Source: Candidatus Sumerlaeaceae bacterium
GTDB taxonomy: Bacteria > Sumerlaeota > Sumerlaeia > Sumerlaeales > Sumerlaeaceae
DNA: 64,000 nucleotides
Assembly: GCA_051003195.1 (NCBI GenBank)
Contig: JBPCLP010000020.1
Coordinates: 166,664 to 230,663, forward strand
Direction: 5' to 3'
Below, one piece after another: positions 1 through 9,170 of the stretch. The notes under the pieces are model-generated. The model did no database searches. It worked only from the letters and a program-made list of their open reading frames with translations, and was not told where the DNA came from. Position 1 is the stretch's first letter; every line of letters starts with the position of its first letter. The position numbers and the translations under genes are program-made.

Positions 1-2490
1 CTGCTTAGTGTATCCTGTCCTGGGTGGGTAAAGCCCCTGCAGAGCCGCCTCGCACCCGGGCCTGGCAACATCAGCATCACGCCATATCTACGCAACACCG
101 CGCAGTTTGGGCCGTTTGCTCCAGGCACGCTTGATCATCCGCTATTTCACAGCAGCTACACAGGTGAGCCGGGACGCGTAGTCGCGCACACAAAGTATGG
201 TGACATATCCGCGCAGGATTTTTACCTTTGGCTGATTATGCGCGAAGGCCCTCACCGAGCCTACCTGCTGGAAGCTTATGACAAAAGCCGTACACCTGCG
301 GATCGAGAGTCACTCGCCAACGCGATTCGCGTAGAGATTGATGAGTACGTCTTCACCAACTATATCGTTCCTGAAATCATGGGAAACGCTCCATGTGACG
401 GGGTCGCGGCAGTAAAGGAACAGATCTATCTTTTACCCGCTTACCAGCTTGCCTACATCAAAAGTCTGCTTGAACCAACGTTGTGTGTGCTGCCAGCAGA
501 CCGTGTAAAGTATCTGCAGGAGCATAAGACAGAGATTCTGCGGCCGGAGACCTTCCGTACCCGCTATATTTTCAAGGCCTCAGGGGAAGCAGATCCGCTC
601 GATGACCAGGATGCGACTGAGCAGGAGATGAACGAAATCCGCGAGGAAATCGTTACGGGGAAGATCTCGTTTTCTGAGGCAGCACGCTCCCATTCCGAAG
701 CACCAAGCGCGGAGCGAGGCGGCGAAATTCCCGCGTTTAAGACTGGCGAGCTTTTCTTCTTTTACGAGGAAGCAGCCGCAGGATTGCAACCGGGTGAAGT
801 CAGCCACGTTTTCCGGGGACCCCGGGGATATTATATGGTGCAGCTGCTCGAAGCGCAGCCTGCGGATGAACCAAACCTCGCGGACCCGGTACAGGCGCAA
901 AAGGTAGAGGAAGCGCTGACCAGGCAGATTTTGCGCGAAGCATACGACTGGGATCTACGCTCACTGTTGCAACTGAACCGACGTCCCAAGTACCACAACC
1001 AGCTCTGGGATCTGCTGGAAGACTGCGACCCGGTAGCGCAACTCTGTGACTTCGAAATTACCAAGCAACAACTTCGCGATGCGTTTCCGGAGATTGAGGG
1101 AGACGACCTCCGCCTGCGCAAGGGGCTGGTAGAGACATGGCTGAAAACGATTGTGGAGAGATCGGCCATGGCGCTCGAGGTGAAAGATCACGGTAAAGAA
1201 AGCGATCCGTGGTTGCAGCGCGGACGCTGGATGGCAGCAAACCTGGTTCGGCGCGACGGCTATGTGGACAAGCTGCGGTGCAGTCTTGAAATCAACGAGC
1301 CCGCCGTTCGGCGGTTTTGGGCTGAGCATCCGCGACTGTTCACTCCACTTGCCGTGAAGCGGCTCATCCGGGTTACCATGGCTCCTTTGAACACGGCACC
1401 TTTACCATCACAGACTCGCGACGAATTGCACAGAATCCTGGTACAGGCCGGCGGCGGCGCTCCGACCGTTGCGGTCGTGCGCGAGAAGCTTCAGCCTGAG
1501 GAAATCAGCGCGGGGCATGTCGTGCGTGAATCGTTCAGGCAGACTGAAAAATTGTTCCAGGCGCTGGAAGAAGACGCCCCATCTACCACTGAACCGCAGG
1601 CCGAGATACTTCCCGAGATCGAGCCGGCCGAAAAACCAGTGAATGCCGGTGTGATGATACCGGGCTTGAAGGCGCTGCCTTCGCCTGGGCAGGTGACCAG
1701 CGGTACGCTTGCCGAATTACGCGGTGGCGGAACCAGTGAACCTCCGCAGGGCGGTGGTTGTGTGCCGCTCAGCAGCGGCGTAGCCCCCCCGCCTGTTGAA
1801 AAGGTGCTGTCGCCGGGGACCCTGGTGCACGAAGACACTGCCGAAATGGTGCCACCACGGGCGGTTACGCGGCCATCGGGTTCTTATGACAAGGTGTATG
1901 CAGCGCCATCGTCCGCAGAAGAAGTGGAACTGATTCACGGCAACTGGCGCGCCGCGTCCATCCAGGCACCCCCCGGACCGGACTGCAAGCCGCTCCCGGC
2001 ATCCAGCGTAGCACCGGCGGTGGCCCCGGGGCTGCAATTGCAGCGCGCGCCTAACGAGAACAAGCAGCTGGTGCCGCCAGAGACCTCGAACTATCCATTT
2101 AACCCGGATTGGTTCTTCGCGCGGATTGATCCGACGAATCTGCGCGCGGTGGTGAAAAGTTATATCAGTTCGGATTTCGTACTGAAGTACGACGACCTTG
2201 GCTACGTCTATACCGAGGATGTAGCGGCGGTTCCACCCGGGATCGAAGCAGTTCCCGTGGGAGCATTCAGCAATCCGTATATCGTCAATAACCAGGCTGT
2301 CTCGTACTACGTTGAGGATGCGCGGACCGTCGAAAAGCCGCCGTTCGAGAAGATCAAAACCCACGCCTACTCAACGTACGAACAGGTTCAGACGGACAAA
2401 GAGCTGCAGCGATCCTTCAAGGACCGTGTATCTGGAGCGGGTATCAGCTATACGTTTGAGCAGCACTCGGCGAGCACCGCTCAAAAGTAG
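1..2490 (+). CDS. Large PpiC/rotamase-type peptidyl-prolyl isomerase (SurA/PrsA-like), 5'-truncated by the window edge
   Basis: Frame 1 is open from base 1 through the ATG at 238. PpiC motif FSEAARSHSEAPSAERGGEI...VSHVFRGPRGYY; long Pro-rich insertion in the C-terminal half. Confidence 0.75.
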   Translation: MLSVSCPGWVKPLQSRLAPGPGNISITPYLRNTAQFGPFAPGTLDHPLFHSSYTGEPGRVVAHTKYGDISAQDFYLWLIMREGPHRAYLLEAYDKSRTPADRESLANAIRVEIDEYVFTNYIVPEIMGNAPCDGVAAVKEQIYLLPAYQLAYIKSLLEPTLCVLPADRVKYLQEHKTEILRPETFRTRYIFKASGEADPLDDQDATEQEMNEIREEIVTGKISFSEAARSHSEAPSAERGGEIPAFKTGELFFFYEEAAAGLQPGEVSHVFRGPRGYYMVQLLEAQPADEPNLADPVQAQKVEEALTRQILREAYDWDLRSLLQLNRRPKYHNQLWDLLEDCDPVAQLCDFEITKQQLRDAFPEIEGDDLRLRKGLVETWLKTIVERSAMALEVKDHGKESDPWLQRGRWMAANLVRRDGYVDKLRCSLEINEPAVRRFWAEHPRLFTPLAVKRLIRVTMAPLNTAPLPSQTRDELHRILVQAGGGAPTVAVVREKLQPEEISAGHVVRESFRQTEKLFQALEEDAPSTTEPQAEILPEIEPAEKPVNAGVMIPGLKALPSPGQVTSGTLAELRGGGTSEPPQGGGCVPLSSGVAPPPVEKVLSPGTLVHEDTAEMVPPRAVTRPSGSYDKVYAAPSSAEEVELIHGNWRAASIQAPPGPDCKPLPASSVAPAVAPGLQLQRAPNENKQLVPPETSNYPFNPDWFFARIDPTNLRAVVKSYISSDFVLKYDDLGYVYTEDVAAVPPGIEAVPVGAFSNPYIVNNQAVSYYVEDARTVEKPPFEKIKTHAYSTYEQVQTDKELQRSFKDRVSGAGISYTFEQHSASTAQK

Positions 2491-2572
2491 CCGCGCTATC
2501 GCGTAAGTCGTGATGTCGACCCGGCAAAACTTTTAGTTCCCATCCACACACGCGCGACTTCTTGTCTATCCC

Positions 2573-3502
2573 ATGCGCTTTGTTTTGCGAAGGGTCATTC
2601 TGTCGGTCGTGACGCTGTTCGTCATTGCTTCGGCAACCTTCTTTTTAATGCATTCGATACCGGGCGGGCCTTTCAGCCGCGAGAGAGCCCTGCCGCGGGA
2701 AATCGAGGCTAATCTCGCGCGCAAGTACAACCTCGATGAGCCGGTACTGAAGCAGTTCGCGCGCTACATTGCCAGTGCGTTGCGCGGGGATCTTGGGCCC
2801 TCTTTCCTGCATGAGGGCCGCACAACCAATGACATTATCCGCGAGGGCTTTCCCAAATCTGCAGTGCTAGGTATTGCGGGGTTCCTGATTGCGCTGGCGG
2901 TGGGACTGCCGATGGGGATCCTGGCGGCTTTGCGGCGCCATCGCATGGTGGATCGCGGGCTGATGCTGCTGGGCGTGCTGGGTGTAAGCGTGCCGAGTTT
3001 CATCCTGGCCAGCCTGCTGCAGTACTTCTTCAGCTATCGACTGAAATGGGCCCCGGCAGCAGGTTGGGGGGAGAGCCCGTGGCAGGTGATCCTGCCTGCG
3101 CTTGCTCTTGCGGGTTTTCCGGTGGCATTCATCTCGCGGCTTGTGCGCACGAGTATGTTGAACGTGCTCGACGCGGACTGGCTGCGAACCGCAAAAGCTA
3201 AAGGACTGGGTCGCGCGATGGTCATTATGCGCCACGCACTGCGAAATGCGATACTGCCGGTCGTTACCTACTCGGGTCCGCTGCTCGCGTCCTTACTGAC
3301 GGGCAGTTTCGTTGTGGAAAATATCTTCGCCATCCCGGGGCTGGGCAGTTCCTTCGTACTCAGTATACAGGACCGCGATTATACCGTTATCATGGGCGTG
3401 ACGCTATTCTATAGTGCCCTCCTGATAGGCTTTAATGTCCTCGTTGACGCTATGTATGCCTGGCTCGATCCGCGGATCAGCCTGGAGGCGCCGACGAACT
3501 AA
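2573..3502 (+). CDS. oppB: Oligopeptide ABC transporter permease OppB/DppB
   Basis: N-terminal IPGGPF motif, EAA-like loop RTAKAKGL, HALRNA, VENIFAIPGLG, RDY and C-terminal LDPRI. Confidence 0.9.
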   Translation: MRFVLRRVILSVVTLFVIASATFFLMHSIPGGPFSRERALPREIEANLARKYNLDEPVLKQFARYIASALRGDLGPSFLHEGRTTNDIIREGFPKSAVLGIAGFLIALAVGLPMGILAALRRHRMVDRGLMLLGVLGVSVPSFILASLLQYFFSYRLKWAPAAGWGESPWQVILPALALAGFPVAFISRLVRTSMLNVLDADWLRTAKAKGLGRAMVIMRHALRNAILPVVTYSGPLLASLLTGSFVVENIFAIPGLGSSFVLSIQDRDYTVIMGVTLFYSALLIGFNVLVDAMYAWLDPRISLEAPTN

Positions 3503-3804
3503 CCGCGAACACGGCGGCGTGTACCTACTTATGCCGCGGCTCCATGGCGAACTCTGCACCACCATCGATAAAAGCTAAACACGCGGCACGAGTACCGCTG
3601 CCCGCAAACCCTGCACCCCCATCGCGCCAAAGCTGACGACGCAGGCCCCTTGAGACCGAATCTCGTCAGCCGCAAAAAAATCCCTTCGAAAGCCCCTCTT
3701 TCCTGAAACTTTGCCCTTGTAAGCGCCGCTATTTTTCATCATCTCTACCCTGATTATTCCGAGACCCGCGCTCTGCGGCATGCTTAAAGGAGTTGTAGTC
3801 AACC

Positions 3805-5010
3805 ATGCGTATCCGATTCAAGAAAGCCGACCTTCTGCCCGCCGCCGCAATTGTGCAAAGTGTGGCGAACCCACAGAGTACATTGCCGATCCTGTCGAAC
3901 GTTTTGATCACAACAGATCACGACAACCTGGTAGGCTTGTCAGCCACGGACTATGAAACCCGCGTACGCATCGATGTGCCTGCGGAGGTCGAAAAAAAAG
4001 GGACGGCAACCGTGCCGGCAAAAACCTTTTATGACCTGATCAAGGAACTACCGGACGACGGCGAAGTGATACTGGAGGCGAAGGAAAAGGGTGCGCACAT
4101 CAAGTGCCGCGACATCCGCGCTGAGCTTGCCACGATGCCTGCAAAGGATTTTCCGAAGTGGCCGGAACTGGAGACTAAGGCATCCATCGACCTGCCGCAG
4201 CGCGAGCTGCGACGCCTGCTGGAAAAGGTGCTGTTCGCCGTGCCAACCCGCGATCCGCGCAAGGTCCTGCTGGGCGCACTGGTCGAATTGCGCAAGGGCA
4301 GCCTGACCGCCGTCGCTACAGATGGTAAGATACTCGCGCACATGCGCCTGCCGCTGCAGCAGCAATTCACCGAGGGCGCCGGCGAGTACAACCTGGTCAT
4401 CCCTCATAAAATCCTGGATGAACTATCCAAAAGCCTCGGCGACGAAGGTACGGTAAACCTCTCCTTCGATGACCGGCAGGTCGCATTCCGGCTGAACCGC
4501 ATCCTCTACGTTTCCAACCAGATCGAAGGGAAATACCCGAATTACGACGCTGTCGTGCCGAAGGAATTCGGGCGCGAACTGCGTTTCCAGAAGCCGCCGA
4601 TGATGGGCGCCATTCGCCGTGCATCCATTCTGAGCGATATTAAGAACTCGGCTATCTCGATGGCATTTTCGGGTGATCACGCAACTATCGAAGCCGAAAG
4701 CTATGACAAGGGGCGCATCCACGAGCAGATTCCTGCCGTTGTGGATGGCGAAGATTTCAAGATCGTGTTCAATTACAAGTTCGTCAATGACGTGCTGAAG
4801 GCCATCGACAAAGAAGAAGTCGTACTGCAGGTGAACCAGCCGACGACGCCGGCGGTGTTCCGCGGCAGCGACGTCGCAGACAATTTCTACCTGGTGATGC
4901 CGATCAAGCTAACCGAAATCCGCGACTACGAAGACGGGGCAGACGAGAATAGCGAGCCGGCGGGCGCTGAAGAGCGCGAGGAAGAATACGCGGCTGCCGA
5001 GGAAGAATAG
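3805..5010 (+). CDS. dnaN: DNA polymerase III beta sliding clamp
   Basis: STLPILSNVLI, ATD motifs, EGKYPNY, FNYKF, YLVMPI; SD aaggag at about 3787; extra acidic C-terminal tail. Confidence 0.95.
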   Translation: MRIRFKKADLLPAAAIVQSVANPQSTLPILSNVLITTDHDNLVGLSATDYETRVRIDVPAEVEKKGTATVPAKTFYDLIKELPDDGEVILEAKEKGAHIKCRDIRAELATMPAKDFPKWPELETKASIDLPQRELRRLLEKVLFAVPTRDPRKVLLGALVELRKGSLTAVATDGKILAHMRLPLQQQFTEGAGEYNLVIPHKILDELSKSLGDEGTVNLSFDDRQVAFRLNRILYVSNQIEGKYPNYDAVVPKEFGRELRFQKPPMMGAIRRASILSDIKNSAISMAFSGDHATIEAESYDKGRIHEQIPAVVDGEDFKIVFNYKFVNDVLKAIDKEEVVLQVNQPTTPAVFRGSDVADNFYLVMPIKLTEIRDYEDGADENSEPAGAEEREEEYAAAEEE

Positions 5011-5021
5011 ACGGCAGCGGT

Positions 5022-6473
5022 TTGGGCTCCAATTGGAAGGCTGACCTAAAGGCTGTTAAACCAGGTATAATCGAAGCCAATTACCCGCGGCACGAGTTAA
5101 GGCTTTTTGTGAGCCTGCTGCTTACCACGGTTGTCCTGTCGTTAATCCTCTACGCACCAGTTCTCAGGTCGTTCTTCGTCTTTGACGACCTCTCACTTAT
5201 ACGAATCGCGTGTCTTGATCTTCGAACATGGACTGATTGCCTGCGTCCAATAGGGAATGGTTTCTGGCGTCCGGAAGCCCTGGTGCTTACGCGGGCTACT
5301 TCCGCGGCGTTCGGATACTCGCCGCTCGCGTTTCACCTCGTCGCTGTTATCATCCATTCCTGCGCTGCGGCAATGACCGGGCTATTTGCACAGGCGCTTT
5401 TTCCTGGGCGAAGTCTACTTCCGTGGCTCGCAACCGTGTTGTTTGTGGGAAACCTGGCTACGTGGGACGGTGCATCGCAGTTCCAGAACATCGGCGATTC
5501 GCTGCTCACTCTATGGCTGCTGCTTGCTTTATATTTATGGCAGCGTTCGTTGCGTTACGGTGAGATGCACTGGTTCTATGTGCTTTTGGTAAGCGCGGTG
5601 GCTATACTTGCGATCGGCGCTAAAGAGACGGGTATCATAGTAGGACCTGCACTGTTGCTGCTGACGTTTTTTAGCAGGCGCGGTACACGATCGCACTATG
5701 TGGCTGCCGCTCTTATTGTCGCGATCGATCTGGCGTATGGACTCCTGGCGCTGCATTGAATGCACAATATGCCGCAATCCTATCTGGCCGACGCCAGATA
5801 CGATATTAATCCACTACATGTGCTGAGACAACTTCTGGATTATGTCGCTTCTGAAGTGCTGCCGTACCTTCATCTTTTTGAAGCGCCTGTTGTTCCGTTC
5901 CGCCTGCCTCACGAAATCTTGTGGATCTTGCGCTTCCTAATTCTTCTGGCTCTCGTTCTGATGGTCTGGCGTTCAGCGGAGAAAAAACATAATGATGTTC
6001 TTTGCCTGCTCGCGCTCGGCGTGCTCCCGCTGCTACCGATTATCGTACTTTCCGGTCCGCCCCAAGGTCGCTATGTATACTGCTCGGTCGCCTTTATGGC
6101 CATTCTGCTGGCATGGGTTCTCTGTGGACGCGCCGCCATTACGCGCTTTCTCCGACCGGCAGTTGCCTTGTTGCAGGTATGGATGTGGACGGGCTTTTAC
6201 AAATCGCCGAGCATCGTCAATTTCCTGCGAATGACTCACGATGTCGAGGTCCTGGTTGGTCAGCTCCCCGGCTATTGCAAGGAATGGCCCGAGGGGTCGA
6301 CCATTACCATTTTAAATCATCCGCACCCGGGCACTGCCCCGTATCGATGGGTATACGTTCAGCATCTTGTCGCAATATTCTGCCCGGAAACATCGGTGAC
6401 AGTAGCCCTGGATCGAGTTCCCGGAGCATATAAAACGTACCGATTTGAGAATGGCGAACTCGTCGCTTTATAG
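5022..6473 (+). pseudogene. GT-C-fold (PMT/ArnT/TMTC-like) membrane glycosyltransferase interrupted by one in-frame TGA at 5757-5759
   Basis: ORFs 5022-5759 and 5760-6473 are contiguous in the same frame (CAT TGA ATG). N-half has FVFDD, FWRP and AKETG motifs; C-half has further TM helices and an RYVY motif. Confidence 0.6.
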
Positions 6474-6509
6474 TACGGAGCGGAGTGAAGTATGAACTAG
6501 AAGGGCGTG

Positions 6510-7610
6510 TCATGTGCCGGCCATTGTGATGACGGCTTTTGGCACACGCCGCGACTCGATATCCGCGAGGGCTGTTGCAGCATCTTCCAGCGGGTAGCGC
6601 CATTGGGAAAGCTTGTGCCAGGGGTGGTGGTCCTGGTGGCGCGCCATCGCCAGGATCGCGCCGTGGAAGTGGCTGTAGTCGCTGCCCCAGCAGCCGCGCA
6701 CGTCCAGGTGCTTCCTGTTGATGTGCGTGTGCGGGTTGATTGCGACGTCGCCGCAGTCGGTGTATTGACCCAGGACAATGTAACGGCCCGCGTCACGCGC
6801 CAGAGACATCCCTTCAGGGATCGCAGCCGGACTGCCGGTGGCTTCAATGACGACGTCCGCTCCGCGCCCGCCGGTGCGCTGTTTAACGAAATCCAGCCGC
6901 TCTGCCTCGCTGGTTGTGTCGATGTCCAATGTATGGTTGGCTCCCATTTCTTTTGCGAGCGCCAATCGGTCCGCCGGAGCACCGACGACAATGATCTCCC
7001 CCGCTCCCGAAATGCGAGAGAACGCGACCGCACTTAGCCCCACCGGGCCGCAGCCTTGGACCAGCACGGTGTCATTCATTCGGATGCCTGCGCGTTGGAC
7101 ACCATGAAAAGCCGTTGGCGCACCGCAGCCGCCGCCGATGAATGTCTCAGGAGATAACTCAGAGGGAAGGCGTATGGCTTTCACGCCGGGCTTGAGGTAC
7201 ACGCGCTCACTCCAGCCTCCCAGCAGGCCATCGCGCGCGGAGTACGTGATGCCATACACCTTGCGTGATGGGCACCGTGTGCTGCTTTTGCCAACGAGGC
7301 AATGCCAGCAATGTCCGCATGTCTCATGTACATCCAGAAAGGTTACCATGTCGCCTGGCACGAAAGCCTGCCCGTGAATATCAGATACGTTCCCCGCGAC
7401 GTCGGTGATTCGACCGACGCTTACATGCCCGGGGATAATCGGGTATGGCACGCCCGCCAGCCGTCCATGGAACAGGTGAACATCCGTGCCGCACACCTCG
7501 GAGTAAATGGGCTCCATCAGCATTGAACCGGATTCCATGGCGGGCAATTCGAATTGCGTCAGTTCCAGCGGCGCACCGGGAGCTGGCATGATCACACATT
7601 TTACTTTCAA
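6510..7610 (-). CDS. Zinc-binding (MDR family) alcohol dehydrogenase
   Basis: EVCGTDVH, IPGH, structural Zn motif CGHCWHC...C, Rossmann GCGPVG. Confidence 0.9.
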   Translation of the reverse strand: MKVKCVIMPAPGAPLELTQFELPAMESGSMLMEPIYSEVCGTDVHLFHGRLAGVPYPIIPGHVSVGRITDVAGNVSDIHGQAFVPGDMVTFLDVHETCGHCWHCLVGKSSTRCPSRKVYGITYSARDGLLGGWSERVYLKPGVKAIRLPSELSPETFIGGGCGAPTAFHGVQRAGIRMNDTVLVQGCGPVGLSAVAFSRISGAGEIIVVGAPADRLALAKEMGANHTLDIDTTSEAERLDFVKQRTGGRGADVVIEATGSPAAIPEGMSLARDAGRYIVLGQYTDCGDVAINPHTHINRKHLDVRGCWGSDYSHFHGAILAMARHQDHHPWHKLSQWRYPLEDAATALADIESRRVPKAVITMAGT

Positions 7611-7668
7611 TGGTCACCGCGAATAACGGGACGGGTTATATTCCAGTGCTCGGCCATTCGGAATTTGA

Positions 7669-9015
7669 TCAGCCCTTGGCCGATCCCATCGTGATGCCCG
7701 CGATGAAGTGCTTTTGCATGAAGGCATAAACCAGAAGGATGGGGACGACAGCCAGTGCCGAGCCGGCCATCTGCATTCCATAATCCACGGTTCCATGCAC
7801 GTCTTCCATCGTGGCGATTCCAAGCTGGAGCGTTTTCATGCTGTCTTTGTTCGTCAACACGAGCGGGTAAAGATACGTGTTCCACTGGTAGATAAAACGG
7901 AATACTGCGAGTGCAGCAAGCACCGGCCGGGCAGTTGGCAGCACGATCTTGCGATAGACCTGGAAATCGCTGGCACCGTCCACACGCGCAGCCGCAATCA
8001 TATCGTCGGGTATGTTCTCCATGTACTGCCGCACCAGGAAAATTCCGAATGCGCTTACGATGCCGGGTATGATTAGCGCCGCGTATGTATTATAGAAGCC
8101 AAGCTTTGCGAAAATGAAAAACGTGGGGACCAGGGTCACGGGGTACGGGATCATGAGGGTGCCGACGAGCAGAAGAAAGAGCGGGCGCTTAAATGGAAAC
8201 TCGTATTTCGCGAAGGCAAATGCCGCAAGTGAATCCAGGAAAACCCCGAGCAGTACGGTTGAGATTGCAACGAACAAGCTGTTTATGAACCAGCGCGGAT
8301 ACCCTGTGGATACCCACTTCAGGACGTTGGCCTGCAGCAGTGTATCCCAATCCAGCAGAATGCGGTAATTGCGCAGCATACGGGTGAGCACCGCTCCGCT
8401 GCTATGCGGCACGGCACTGCCCTCAACGGGAACCCACAGGCCTTGCTGCTGCCCCGGAAGATAAATCGTGACGGGTTGAAACGTTTTCAATCGAGAAGCT
8501 GCCGGGCCGGATACTTCGACAATCGCTTCCAGTGACGGGTTGTTCATGTCGGGCCGTTCCAGCGACAGCTTTTGCCCATGGATTGTTCGCTCTGGCAGGG
8601 GCTTCGGCTCAGGCCAGGGCGAATAAGGTGCTTCGCTCGTCGGCAGCATCGGCACAGTTTCGGTTCGATTCAGAGCGACAGCCTGCTGGCCGTTCAGTTT
8701 AACTTTTACCCACGCAGAACGCTCGTTGAAAAGGCTCAGGAGTTCGCCCGGGAGAAGCTGCCCATTTCCAACCTGCGCTGGACCTTTTAATGATATGAGC
8801 AGCATATAGATAAATGGAATGATCACGACCGCCGCGGTCATAGTGAGCACAGCCATCGCCAGCAGCGTAAACCAGATGCTGCGTCCGTGCAGCTTCTGGG
8901 AGTGGTAATCGGCGAGCTTTTCCTCGCTGAGATCCTCGCGCGGGACCCGTGCCGCATCCCCGGAGCCGTGGCCGCGCCAGGTCCATCCGCGATGGCTCTT
9001 AGGTATGTATGTCAT
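7669..9015 (-). CDS. Carbohydrate ABC transporter permease (MalG type) with a large extracytoplasmic insertion
   Basis: FINSL, AAFAFAK, EAA loop IPDDMIAAARVDGAS, QWN, FMQKHFIAGIT; about 150 extra residues after TM1. Confidence 0.9.
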   Translation of the reverse strand: MTYIPKSHRGWTWRGHGSGDAARVPREDLSEEKLADYHSQKLHGRSIWFTLLAMAVLTMTAAVVIIPFIYMLLISLKGPAQVGNGQLLPGELLSLFNERSAWVKVKLNGQQAVALNRTETVPMLPTSEAPYSPWPEPKPLPERTIHGQKLSLERPDMNNPSLEAIVEVSGPAASRLKTFQPVTIYLPGQQQGLWVPVEGSAVPHSSGAVLTRMLRNYRILLDWDTLLQANVLKWVSTGYPRWFINSLFVAISTVLLGVFLDSLAAFAFAKYEFPFKRPLFLLLVGTLMIPYPVTLVPTFFIFAKLGFYNTYAALIIPGIVSAFGIFLVRQYMENIPDDMIAAARVDGASDFQVYRKIVLPTARPVLAALAVFRFIYQWNTYLYPLVLTNKDSMKTLQLGIATMEDVHGTVDYGMQMAGSALAVVPILLVYAFMQKHFIAGITMGSAKG

Positions 9016-9170
9016 GGCGCGAGTGACCTGCGAACAGGATTGGCATACAGGCAGCGCACGATAGAAGCGATGCTACGTGGGCCCGTCACCGCCGTGTCAA
9101 GAGGCGTGCCGGTGCCAGGGGTACTGGATGGGTGTTCGAAGGCTCCGCTAAAGATGAAGCGGGCAACAGA

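Noticed and set aside
3503..3804. oriC upstream of dnaN
   Set aside because: No TTATCCACA-type boxes, no clear unwinding element and no dnaA seen.
5757..5759. Genome-wide UGA recoding (code 4 or 25)
   Set aside because: TGA terminates well-conserved genes such as atpB, atpF and atpH at their expected ends.
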